DNA of 64,000 bases from Planctomycetota bacterium (GTDB taxonomy: Bacteria > Planctomycetota > Phycisphaerae > Phycisphaerales > UBA1924). Shown one piece after another: positions 26,954 through 36,142 of this stretch (its first letter is position 1; every line of letters starts with the position of its first letter). The notes under the pieces were generated by a model, which saw nothing but the letters and a program-made list of their open reading frames with translations, made no database searches and was not told the origin of the DNA. The stretch covers positions 155,252 to 219,251 of the forward strand of contig JBCCZZ010000001.1 of NCBI GenBank assembly GCA_039186605.1, given 5' to 3'. Made by a program: the position numbers and the translations under genes.

Positions 26954-29185
26954 GTGCGGCTTTTCGAGGTAGACACCGGCGGGACCTATTCCGACGAGTG
27001 GTACAGGGTCAGCCAGCTCCAGCCCAGGCTGAACCCGATCGCACACGTCGTGCGTCAGAGCAGCGGGGACACGGTGTGGTACATCATCGAGGACCCGGCA
27101 GGGAGCCGCTACTTCCGGGCGGGTGAGGGGGCGTACTTCTTCGCCGCGCTCCTCGATGGCAGGCGGACGGTGGATGACGCGTGGGAGGCGTGCTGCGCGC
27201 AACTTGGGGACGCGGCGCCGACACAGCGTTCGTGCCTCGACATCCTGATGAAGCTCCAGTCTTTCGGGCTGCTGCTTGGCGATGATGTAGCAGCGGCGGA
27301 TCTCGTGGGCGAGCGGATCAGGCGGGGGCGGAAGAGCCGCCGCGAGAAGCGAACAGGGCGCTGGTTTTTCCTCAGCGTGCCGCTGGTCAACCCGGAACGG
27401 CCGCTGGCAGCGACGAACTGGCTCTGGAAAGCGGCATGGGGACCCCTCGGGCTGATCCTCTTTCTCGCGTCCGTTGTGGCGGGCGGGTACAGCGTTTGGA
27501 CCAACGCCGATCAGCTCGCGGATCCGATCAATGAGTTGATGACACCCACGCGGCTCATGCTGGTGGGGCTGATCTTCATTGTTCTTCGTGCGGTTCATGA
27601 GCTCGGGCATGCGACGGCTTGTAAGGCGTACGGCGGCCGTTGCACAGAGATTGGGCTTTTCCTGGTGGCGCTCATTCTCCCGCTTCCCTACTGCGATGCA
27701 TCGAGTTCGTGGCGCTTCCCGGAGCGTTGGAAGCGGATCATGGTCGCGTTGGGCGGCGTGATGGTTGAGCTGTTCATTGCCGGGATTGCGGCGGTGATTT
27801 GGGCGAACACATCCGCAACGGATGCGCCCGCTCTAAAGAACGTGTGCTACCACGTGATGCTGGTGTCGGGTGTCGCGACGTTCCTGTTCAACCTCAATCC
27901 GCTGCTTCGATACGACGGGTACTACATCCTGAGCGATCTCATCGCTGCGCCAAATCTGGCGCAGCGCAGCAAGGAGATCTGGCGCTACCTGACGGAGCGG
28001 ATCGCGTTCGGGGTCAAGAGGAGCAGGCCTCCGACACTGCGATCCAGGAGCGAGGCAATCTGGCTTTTCTTCTACGCACTCGCATCCACGCCCTACCGAT
28101 TGTTCATCGCGGTGTCGATCATCCTTCTGGTCTCGTCGAAGTACCTGACAGTTGGTGTTGTGATCGCGGTCGCGACCGCGACGATCATGTTGATCTGGCC
28201 ATCACTCAAGGGCGCGTGGTACCTGCTGAGTTCGCCCACACTTATCGGGCGGCGTGTTCGAGCGTTCGCTGTGGTTGCGGTCGTGCTCGGTGCGTTGATC
28301 GGTGGGCTCGGGTTCGTCCCCGCACCGGCGGCGGAGATCTCGCCGGCAACGATCGAGGCCCGGTGGACCGATCCCATCCGGGCACCGCTCGACGGGTTCG
28401 TTGAGAGCTTCCTTGTTTCTCCCGGAGACGAGGTCGAGGCGGGCCAGCCGCTGATTCTGCTGCGCAACGATCCGCTTGATATCCAGATCACCGAGCTCGA
28501 GTCGATCAGAAGGCTGACTGAGGCGCAGCTCGCGCAGGCCGAGACGGAATCTCCGGCGCTCGCGGTGCTCGCGAGGCAGAAACTCGATCTGATCAACGAG
28601 CGCCTGGCGGACGCGGTCGGGAGACGGGACTCGCTGACCGTTCGTGCGACACGTGCCGGACGGTACGTCGCGCCCGGCGCGATCGCGGGTGGGCTCGACC
28701 GGCTGACGGGTGTGTTTGTGTCGCGCGGGGAACCTCTGGGCAGTGTGGCGAGCCGAGACTCGTTGGTCGTGCGGGCGTATGTCTCTGATCGAGAGCACGC
28801 GTACGTATTCAGGAATGACGACCTGGGTGCGGTACCCGCGTCGGTTCGGCTGTGGGGCCGGGCGGGGCTGGAACTGCCCGCGGTGGTGACCGCGACTGAG
28901 CCTGTTGCGTCGCGCGGCGCAGACTTGGCGGTGACCACGCTCGCTGGAGGAGAGGTAGAGATCACCCAGGACGCCGAGGGGAACCAGATCGCCATGGTGC
29001 CCCAGTTCCGTGTGGATCTCCAGCCATCTGATGACGGGCGGTGGGCCGAAGCGGGCGAGATCCGCGCTGGTTTGCGTGCCCGCGTGCGTTTCGCGGCTCC
29101 TGATGAACCGCTCGGCGCGCAGTGGTTCAGGCGTGCGAGCCGCTATTTCGAGGAGCGGTTCGCGGGCGGCGGGGGTGCCCTGTGA
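26954..29185 (+). CDS. Site-2 protease (peptidase M50) fused to N-terminal PqqD/RRE-like domain and C-terminal HlyD-like periplasmic domain
   Basis: N-terminal ~110 aa (P..P....R..G..W...DP...RYFR..EGAYFFAALLDGRRTVDDAWE...DILMKLQSFGLLL) is PqqD-like. HELGH lies in a TM helix, and FNLNPLLRYDGYYILSD is the second S2P motif. The C-terminus has VESFLVSPGDEVEAGQPLILL plus coiled coil, i.e. HlyD-like. Confidence 0.75.
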   Translation: MRLFEVDTGGTYSDEWYRVSQLQPRLNPIAHVVRQSSGDTVWYIIEDPAGSRYFRAGEGAYFFAALLDGRRTVDDAWEACCAQLGDAAPTQRSCLDILMKLQSFGLLLGDDVAAADLVGERIRRGRKSRREKRTGRWFFLSVPLVNPERPLAATNWLWKAAWGPLGLILFLASVVAGGYSVWTNADQLADPINELMTPTRLMLVGLIFIVLRAVHELGHATACKAYGGRCTEIGLFLVALILPLPYCDASSSWRFPERWKRIMVALGGVMVELFIAGIAAVIWANTSATDAPALKNVCYHVMLVSGVATFLFNLNPLLRYDGYYILSDLIAAPNLAQRSKEIWRYLTERIAFGVKRSRPPTLRSRSEAIWLFFYALASTPYRLFIAVSIILLVSSKYLTVGVVIAVATATIMLIWPSLKGAWYLLSSPTLIGRRVRAFAVVAVVLGALIGGLGFVPAPAAEISPATIEARWTDPIRAPLDGFVESFLVSPGDEVEAGQPLILLRNDPLDIQITELESIRRLTEAQLAQAETESPALAVLARQKLDLINERLADAVGRRDSLTVRATRAGRYVAPGAIAGGLDRLTGVFVSRGEPLGSVASRDSLVVRAYVSDREHAYVFRNDDLGAVPASVRLWGRAGLELPAVVTATEPVASRGADLAVTTLAGGEVEITQDAEGNQIAMVPQFRVDLQPSDDGRWAEAGEIRAGLRARVRFAAPDEPLGAQWFRRASRYFEERFAGGGGAL

Positions 29186-31221
29186 GCGGTGTGGTCGGCG
29201 GGGGCACGATCGGCCGGTCGGGGCGGCTCTGGGCAGACCTCGCGAAGCCACAGGAACGAACGCTCGCGCTTCGAGGCGCGGACGTGTTTGGCTCGACAGT
29301 CGTTGGAATCGGTGCCCGGTTCAGGCGTGCAAGAACCGAGCGAGGTCGGGCAAAGTCCATACTCACCGAGGCCCGAACGCTCAGCGATCACTCGTCCGCG
29401 GCGTTCGCTGAACGGGTGAGTGAGGCGCAGTCGTTGGTGCTCTTGGATCGCTCGAGCAGAGCCGCGGTTGACGCTGCGTACGCCTGTGCGGTCGAGGCGG
29501 TGCGCCGCACGCTCGGGTTCGAACTGCACACGGTGCAGGTGATGGCCGCGCTCGCGATGGCGAAAGGCTGCTGCTGCGAGCTGGCGACCGGCGAGGGAAA
29601 GACGGCGGCCGCGATCTTGCCTGCGGCGCTAGACGGCATGGTCGGTCGCGGCGTTCACGTGATCACGGTGAATGACTACCTCGCGGGGCGCGATGCGGAA
29701 ATCACTGGTCCTGCGTATCGGTTGCTGGGCTTGCGTGTCGGCTTCGTGACGGAGACTTCGTCGACGGAGGCGCGTCGAGAGGCGTATTCGGCAGATATCA
29801 CCTACGCGGCGGAGAAGCAGCTGATCTTCGACTACCTGAGGGATCGCCTCCTGACCCCCGTGAACCCCCGGATGGCCTCGGCGTTGCTTGACGAGGTGGC
29901 GGGATACGACCGACGTGTACGCGGCGCGGAGACCGAGCGGGGCGACGCCAAATGGGCACAAACGGTAACCCAGCGCGGGCTGCACGCGGCGGTGATCGAC
30001 GAGGCGGACAGCGTGCTGATCGACCAGGCCGGGACGCCGGCGATCATCGGGCGTGACGCGCCGGAGGAACTCGGTGAGGCGGCAGCCGAGCGGTACCGGA
30101 CGTCCGACGCCATCGCGGCCTCGTTGACCCGGGGGGTTCATTACAAGCTGGATGAAGGGCAACGCTTTGTTGCGCTCACCGACGCGGGACGACACGTGCT
30201 TGACGAGCGTTCTGTGGAACTCCCCCCGTTCTGGTCGGGACCGAGGCGTCGAGAAGAACTTGTGAAGCTCTCACTCATGGCTCGGGAGACGTTCGAGCGG
30301 GACGACGACTATGTCGTCCGCGACGGTGCGGTCGAGCTTGTTGACCGACAGACGGGGCGGGTGCTGACGGGTCGGCAGTGGCAGCAGGGGTTGCACCAGG
30401 CGGTCGAGGCGAAAGAGGGCGTCACGATCACCGCGGGTCGGCAGACCATGAGCCGGATCGGTTATGCCGCGTTCTTTGCTCGCTACCGGCGGCTATGCGG
30501 CATGAGCGGTACTTGCTGGGAAACACGGCACGAGCTGTGGCGCATGTATCGGTTGCCGGTTGCGCGTGTGCCAACCCATAAACGCGTGCGGCGGAGGCAC
30601 GCGGGTGATCGCGTGTTCACGAGCGAGACTCAGAAGTTCGAGGCGGTCGCGAACCGAACTGCGAAGCTCAGCGGTGTGGGACGGCCCGTGCTCATTGGGA
30701 CGCGGAGTGTTGCAGCAAGCGAGCGGCTTGGCAAGCTGCTTGACGAACGAGGCGTCGGATGCAAGATCCTGAACGCCTACCGCGAGGCTGAAGAAGCGGA
30801 GATCATCGCTGCCGCCGGCGAAGAACACGCGGTCACGGTCGCGACGAACATGGCTGGCCGCGGCACGGATATCAAACTGACGAAGAAAGCCAAGAAGCTG
30901 GGCGGACTGGTGGTTGTTGCCACAGAGCGGCACAACGAGCGACGCGTTGATCGCCAGCTCTTCGGCCGTGCGGGACGGCAGGGCGATCCTGGGCGTGCAG
31001 AGATGTTCGTCTCGCTCGACGATGAACTGGTGCGCGGCGCGATGCCCACGACCGGCCGTCTGGCGCTCAGGCTAACGCCTCCGCCTTTCCGCTCGCTGCT
31101 CGGGCGCCTGCTGTTGCCGGTGAGCCAGCGGATCGCGAGCGGCCGCGCAGCGGTGCATCGGCTCGAAAGCTGGAAGCATGACTCGTCGAAGGATCTTGCG
31201 CTGCGAGGTCACACGCGTTAG
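29182..31221 (+). CDS. SecA-like motor ATPase (NBD1 + PPXD-like + NBD2 only; no helical scaffold/wing/C-tail)
   Basis: GEGKTAAAILPA (Walker A), VHVITVNDYLAGRDAE, VIDEADSVLIDQAGTPAIIG, ATNMAGRGTDIKL and ERHNERRVDRQLFGRAGRQGDPG all match SecA DEAD-motor signatures. The protein ends ~70 aa after NBD2. GTG start overlaps the upstream stop (GTGA). Confidence 0.75.
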   Translation: MSGVVGGGTIGRSGRLWADLAKPQERTLALRGADVFGSTVVGIGARFRRARTERGRAKSILTEARTLSDHSSAAFAERVSEAQSLVLLDRSSRAAVDAAYACAVEAVRRTLGFELHTVQVMAALAMAKGCCCELATGEGKTAAAILPAALDGMVGRGVHVITVNDYLAGRDAEITGPAYRLLGLRVGFVTETSSTEARREAYSADITYAAEKQLIFDYLRDRLLTPVNPRMASALLDEVAGYDRRVRGAETERGDAKWAQTVTQRGLHAAVIDEADSVLIDQAGTPAIIGRDAPEELGEAAAERYRTSDAIAASLTRGVHYKLDEGQRFVALTDAGRHVLDERSVELPPFWSGPRRREELVKLSLMARETFERDDDYVVRDGAVELVDRQTGRVLTGRQWQQGLHQAVEAKEGVTITAGRQTMSRIGYAAFFARYRRLCGMSGTCWETRHELWRMYRLPVARVPTHKRVRRRHAGDRVFTSETQKFEAVANRTAKLSGVGRPVLIGTRSVAASERLGKLLDERGVGCKILNAYREAEEAEIIAAAGEEHAVTVATNMAGRGTDIKLTKKAKKLGGLVVVATERHNERRVDRQLFGRAGRQGDPGRAEMFVSLDDELVRGAMPTTGRLALRLTPPPFRSLLGRLLLPVSQRIASGRAAVHRLESWKHDSSKDLALRGHTR

Positions 31222-32783
31222 GGCGTTCGTTGGCTCGGCTGTGGATCGCGGTCGATCATTGAGTCGAGCATGGTGCCGATGAGGGCGGTCGTGGCGCTAT
31301 CGCTCTCATCCGCACCACCACCGTTGACCATTACACGCGGTGCGATGTTGATCCCGCGTTCGCCGATCACCTGCAGCACTTCGATGAGCGCGGCGTTTCC
31401 GGGGCCGATCTCGCGGGCGATGGCCTGGAATGCCGCAGCCTGGGCCTCGGCGCGGACGCGGATCGCCTCGGCTTCGGCCTCTGCGGCGATGATGCGCTTG
31501 CGCTTGTCTTCCTCAGCGATCTGCACCTCGTAGCGCGCTGTGGCGAGGCGCCGCTCTTCCTCGGCCTCCTGCTCGGTTCTGGTCAGCTGCTTGCGTTGTT
31601 CTGCGGCTCGTTGCTGCTCCTGGAACGTGATCTGCTCCTGGAGCGCGATCTCCCGATCGGTCTGGGTCTGCAGCAGCTCTCCCAGCGTTTCGCGATCTCC
31701 GACATCACCGATCGCGACGCCGGTGACGGTCACACCAAGCGGCGCAAGCCTCATCTGGAGCATGCTCAGCGATTGGGCTTCCTGGCTTGAACGCTGCTGC
31801 ACATAGTCAAGAGCCTTGACACCCTCGGCGTTGTTCCGAAAGACGGAGCGGACTGCGGAGATCAGGCGGTCTTGGAGCAGTTCTCCATCATCGCGGAAGG
31901 TCGCGACGACCAAGGGGGCATCGATCGGTTTGATCTCGTACTCGACACGCACATCAACGGGGAATGTGAACCCATCGCTTGAGCGGACTGTGATCTCGCT
32001 CTCGGCTTCCGTACGTTGCGCCTTGGTGAACTCGAGTACGCGTTTGGCGGTGCTGATCACGGTGACCTCGAGCGCTTTGCTGTTCAGGTAGTACTCCTTA
32101 GGCTCGAGTGGTTGGCGACGGATGCCGCGCTCGTCGGGGCCGACAAGCCCGTCGTCCGAGATGGCTGGAGGCGTGGCGCCAACGTTGGACTTCACGACAC
32201 CAACGGTGGCCCGCTCGATGTTGGTCAGACGGACGAGTTCGACATCGAAGAGCTTGGGGTTGATCCTGTAGGACCCGGGCCTGAGCACGCTGGTCTGTGG
32301 GCCCTTGTACCCCCCGCCATCACCCAAGAAGTAACCGGCATCCTGCGCCATGCGCTTCGTGTCACTCTCGGCCCACTCCGGCGCGTAGATTGAATCGGCG
32401 GGGAGTGGAAGCCCGTCACGTGCGGTTACGAGCCCGACCGAGCCCGTCTCAACGCGAACGATTGGGTGGAACTCGACATCGAAGATGAAGGGCCACAGGA
32501 ACGGGTGCCAGCCGGGTGGGAGGATGTCCGCCTGCGGTCCTTTCTCGCCTTCTGTCGCGATGATCTTCCCGGGTGGGAGCCCCTTGCCGCCGACGTTCTT
32601 GATCACAACGCCGATGCGGTCCTCGGGAACGAAGCGGAAGCTCCCGAGCACGAAGAACACGCCGAGCACGATGATCGCAGCCGTGGCGATCGATGCCCTC
32701 AGCGCTGAGGACTTCACCTTTGGGATGAGTGCGAGGATGCCGCCAGCAATGACGAGCCCGAACACGAGCAGGATCGCGGTCAT
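31218..32783 (-). CDS. SPFH/Band 7 (flotillin-like) membrane protein
   Basis: N-terminal TM hairpin, SPFH core, and a long Ala/Glu-rich coiled-coil C-terminus (EAEAEAIRVRAEAQAAAFQAIA). Confidence 0.8.
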   Translation of the reverse strand: MTAILLVFGLVIAGGILALIPKVKSSALRASIATAAIIVLGVFFVLGSFRFVPEDRIGVVIKNVGGKGLPPGKIIATEGEKGPQADILPPGWHPFLWPFIFDVEFHPIVRVETGSVGLVTARDGLPLPADSIYAPEWAESDTKRMAQDAGYFLGDGGGYKGPQTSVLRPGSYRINPKLFDVELVRLTNIERATVGVVKSNVGATPPAISDDGLVGPDERGIRRQPLEPKEYYLNSKALEVTVISTAKRVLEFTKAQRTEAESEITVRSSDGFTFPVDVRVEYEIKPIDAPLVVATFRDDGELLQDRLISAVRSVFRNNAEGVKALDYVQQRSSQEAQSLSMLQMRLAPLGVTVTGVAIGDVGDRETLGELLQTQTDREIALQEQITFQEQQRAAEQRKQLTRTEQEAEEERRLATARYEVQIAEEDKRKRIIAAEAEAEAIRVRAEAQAAAFQAIAREIGPGNAALIEVLQVIGERGINIAPRVMVNGGGADESDSATTALIGTMLDSMIDRDPQPSQRTP

Positions 32784-32830
32784 GAAGATCCCCCATTCTG
32801 AATCACTACAACCAGCATATGCCCGCGTGA

Positions 32831-33634
32831 TTACACGTCGAGATCAACGGAGACAGGTGCGTGATCTGAGATCGCTAGGCCCGCTTCGCGGTCGATAGAG
32901 ACCGATTTGACGAGTTTGGCCGCTGCCTTGTTCGCGAGCAGATAGTCGATGCGCCAGCCGCGATCCAGTTCGCGGGCGTTGCCGCGATTCGACCACCACG
33001 TGTAGGGCCCGTCGCGGTCGCCGGCGTCAAGGCGGATAAGGTCGGCCCAGCCCTGGGCGAGTAGCTCTCCGAACCACGCTCGTTCGTGAGGGAGGAAGCC
33101 GCTCGTTTTCTGGTTCGATCGCCAATGGAAGATATCGCGCTCGGTGTGGGCGATGTTGAAGTCGCCGCCGAGAACTGTGGGCACGCGAGAACGAGCAAGC
33201 GCTTCTGCCCAGGGAAAGAACGACTTCATCCAGCGTTCCTTCTCGGCTTGGCGGTGGTCGCCCGATGTGCCACTGGGGAGGTAAACGCTGGCCGCGCGGA
33301 CAGGTCCGACTTTGGCCATCACCAAGCGTCCCTCGGGGTCGGGCTCACCGATGCCGGTCTTGGGCGCGGCGTGCTTCTCACGACTCCAGAGCGCGGTGCC
33401 CGAGTAGCCCTTCTTCTCCGCCGGATGCCAGCGGGCGTGATAGCCCTCTGGGTTCGCCCACTCGTCGTCGAGTTGCTCGGGCAGCGCTCGGACCTCCTGG
33501 AGGAGCAAGACGTCCGGGTCGAGCGAGCGGAGGCGGAGGTCGAGGCCTTTCCGGATCGCGGCGCGGATGCCGTTGAGGTTCCAGGTCGTGATACGCACGG
33601 AGGGAACGGTAGCATGGCTCAGCCAAAGGAGCAT
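32831..33634 (-). CDS. xth: Exodeoxyribonuclease III
   Basis: VRITTWNLNGIRA...LLLQE...GDFNIAH...DHAPVSVDL, EEP-family AP endonuclease. Start is ATG at 33634 or GTG at 33598. Confidence 0.8.
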   Translation of the reverse strand: MLLWLSHATVPSVRITTWNLNGIRAAIRKGLDLRLRSLDPDVLLLQEVRALPEQLDDEWANPEGYHARWHPAEKKGYSGTALWSREKHAAPKTGIGEPDPEGRLVMAKVGPVRAASVYLPSGTSGDHRQAEKERWMKSFFPWAEALARSRVPTVLGGDFNIAHTERDIFHWRSNQKTSGFLPHERAWFGELLAQGWADLIRLDAGDRDGPYTWWSNRGNARELDRGWRIDYLLANKAAAKLVKSVSIDREAGLAISDHAPVSVDLDV

Positions 33635-34780
33635 GCGATGGGCTACGACGCGACGCTGATCGGCGGGAACCCCGGTGACCACATGGGTCTGTACCACGCG
33701 GTACGGTTCGGTTGCCACGACGCTGGGGCCTACCTCCGGTTCGAACAGACTGGCGAGACCGTGTTCATCGTGCGCGACATCGAGCTGCTCCGCGCTCGCG
33801 AGCAGGCGAGGGCCGACAGGGTCTACGCACCGGCCGAACTCGCACCGGCGGGAGGGCTGAGCAAGGACCGCGACACCGGGGTCGCCCAGGCGGTGGCCGA
33901 GTGCCTCAGGCGAGGCGGCGCCTCGCGGGTACGCGTTGATCGTGCGACACCCATGCTCTTCGCCCACGTGCTCATGGGATCAGGCTTCGAGGTGGTCTGC
34001 GATCCGGATCTTGGCGCCGCCGAGCGACGTGCGAAGGATGAGCAGGAAGTCGCGTGGCTGACCGAGGCACAGGCCGCGACCGAGGAAGTGATGCGTCTTG
34101 CGTGCGAGACCATTGCGCGAGCCAGCCCTGGGCCAGACGGATCGCTCTCGCTCGACGGGGCAGCGCTGACGAGTGAACGTGTTCGGGCGATGATCGATGT
34201 CAGGCTCCTCGAGCTTGGGTACTCGAACGGTGATTGTGTTGTGGCAGGCGGTGTGCATGGGGCTGACCCGCACGAGCGCGGCTCCGGTGTGCTGCGCACC
34301 GCTGAGGCGGTGGTCATCGACATCTTCCCGAGGAACAAGCGGACGCTCTACAACGGCGATTGCACGCGCTGCGTAGTCAACGGGGAAGTGCCCGATGCAA
34401 TCACACGGATGCATGCGGCGGTTGTCGAGGCGAAGGCGGCGGGGATCGCCCGGGCATCGGCGGGGACACCGGCGGGCGACCTGCACGCCGATGTTGTCTC
34501 GGTGATCGAGAAGCACGGTTTCGCTTTCAGGAGGCCCGGGATCGAGGGCACTGGTGCTGCGATGCTCCACGGCACCGGGCACGGCATCGGGCTGGATGTA
34601 CATGAGCCGCCGCTGCTGGATGAGGGCCAGGGTCCGCTGATCGCGGGAGACGCCGTGACAATCGAGCCCGGCCTCTACGACCCGGCGATCGGTGGGATCC
34701 GTATCGAGGACATGGTCATCGTTACGGAAGACGGCGCAATGAATCTCAACAGCCTGCCAGAGGGGCTCGGTTGGGCCTGA
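33614..34780 (+). CDS. M24-family Xaa-Pro aminopeptidase/dipeptidase
   Basis: Creatinase-like N-terminus. C-terminus has the HGTGHGIGLDVHEPP and metal-ligand pattern of the M24B family. An SD-like GGAGGG precedes the ATG at 33614. Confidence 0.75.
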   Translation: MAQPKEHAMGYDATLIGGNPGDHMGLYHAVRFGCHDAGAYLRFEQTGETVFIVRDIELLRAREQARADRVYAPAELAPAGGLSKDRDTGVAQAVAECLRRGGASRVRVDRATPMLFAHVLMGSGFEVVCDPDLGAAERRAKDEQEVAWLTEAQAATEEVMRLACETIARASPGPDGSLSLDGAALTSERVRAMIDVRLLELGYSNGDCVVAGGVHGADPHERGSGVLRTAEAVVIDIFPRNKRTLYNGDCTRCVVNGEVPDAITRMHAAVVEAKAAGIARASAGTPAGDLHADVVSVIEKHGFAFRRPGIEGTGAAMLHGTGHGIGLDVHEPPLLDEGQGPLIAGDAVTIEPGLYDPAIGGIRIEDMVIVTEDGAMNLNSLPEGLGWA

Positions 34781-34789
34781 GCTTTGGAT

Positions 34790-36139
34790 CTAGACGATGC
34801 GGCCGAGCGTTACGATCGCGAGGAGCGCGGCGAGTGTTACGGGACCGAGCAGGGCGAGTGGATGTGGCGAGGCTCCTCTGGCACGGATCGCACAAGCCGC
34901 GGCGATGGGGAAGAGCAGGAGGACCATCGGCTCCATGTAGCGCTGGTAGGCCTGTGCGTTGGCCGACTGCGCTGCGGTCGAGGCGACGAGCGCGAGGGTG
35001 AGTAGCCAGCGTGAACTCGACCCTGGCGCAACGAGAAGGCAGGCCGCGGCGAATCCGGCCCCGACCGCGCTGCCGATGACGATCAGTGGACTGCGATCAA
35101 ACACCGTGGGTGTTACCCGCACGGCCTCCCAGATCCCGCTCACGCGGCCCTCCTCGAATGAGTAGGTCGATTCCGGGAGTATGCCGATCAGCAGCCCGAG
35201 CGCAGCGGCCGATCCCACGATCGGCACCACTGGTGCGCCACCCGATATCGCCTGGCGTAGCGCGGGGAGGAAGACCGGGAAGAACGCGAGCCCGGCGAGC
35301 CCGCAGAGCGAGAGCATGAACGCGGGTGTGACCGGGTTGGGCCCGACATTTGCTGCGATGAACCGGCCCGGGGTGAGGCTGCCCCAGATGCTGTAGAACC
35401 ATGCAATCACCGCGAACGCGGGTAGTGTTGCAACGAAAGCGATGGCTGTTCGCTTGGCTCTCGATGCACGATCCTGGATGGGCGGCGCGAAGACGTCGGA
35501 TGGCGGGTCGTTGCCTTTGGGACCGAGCCAGGCGGCCAGCCAGACTAGCGATGCGGTCCAGAGATTCACCTGCCGGGTGAGGACGCAGAACAGGACGACA
35601 AGACCGGCAACAACCGTTGTCGAGTTGGTGAACCGGTCGCGCATCGCGAGAATCATGAGCAGGAGGACGAATGCCCAAGCGCTCGATTCCGGCAACACAT
35701 GGGTCGAGAAGCCGACGGTGTGCGGCGAGCACATGAGCGGGAGGCCCGAGAGGATCGCCACGGTTGGTCCTGCGCGGGCCGAGCAGTAGAAAACAAAGAG
35801 CCCGATCATGAGTGTGACCGGCGTCCCACTGATAAGCCTGAGTGTCTCAAGGCTTGGGTCGAAGCGATCGTCAATGGCTGCGAGTGCGAGGTGGTGGCCA
35901 GGTGTCGAGGCTGCGGCGTAGTCGCTGACGTCGGGCGATGGCCACTGCTGTACGAACTGCTCGACAGTGGGTTGATGGAAGTTGAGCGCGTCGGTTTCGG
36001 CCGGGCCCGTGATCCCAGGGCCAAAGATCACCAGCGTGCGCAGCACGGTGTGCACGAGCATTGCCGCGACCGCCGCGATCGCGGCATGTCGGCGAGCTCG
36101 TGCGTCTCGTTCCCCAACTAATTCGGACACACCGCTCAT
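34790..36139 (-). CDS. Polytopic integral membrane protein (possible GT-C-type glycosyltransferase or polymerase)
   Basis: More than 10 predicted TM segments and an acidic DD motif in the first loop (LAAIDDRFDP). Adjacent to rfbC. Function not assignable by eye. Confidence 0.35.
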   Translation of the reverse strand: MSGVSELVGERDARARRHAAIAAVAAMLVHTVLRTLVIFGPGITGPAETDALNFHQPTVEQFVQQWPSPDVSDYAAASTPGHHLALAAIDDRFDPSLETLRLISGTPVTLMIGLFVFYCSARAGPTVAILSGLPLMCSPHTVGFSTHVLPESSAWAFVLLLMILAMRDRFTNSTTVVAGLVVLFCVLTRQVNLWTASLVWLAAWLGPKGNDPPSDVFAPPIQDRASRAKRTAIAFVATLPAFAVIAWFYSIWGSLTPGRFIAANVGPNPVTPAFMLSLCGLAGLAFFPVFLPALRQAISGGAPVVPIVGSAAALGLLIGILPESTYSFEEGRVSGIWEAVRVTPTVFDRSPLIVIGSAVGAGFAAACLLVAPGSSSRWLLTLALVASTAAQSANAQAYQRYMEPMVLLLFPIAAACAIRARGASPHPLALLGPVTLAALLAIVTLGRIV

Positions 36140-36142
36140 TCG

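Noticed and set aside
33086-33613. Upstream extension of the M24 peptidase ORF and the 32831-33967 extension of xth
   Set aside because: Both extensions run antisense through the other gene and lack conserved residues. The conserved domains start at 33614 (M24) and about 33634 (xth).
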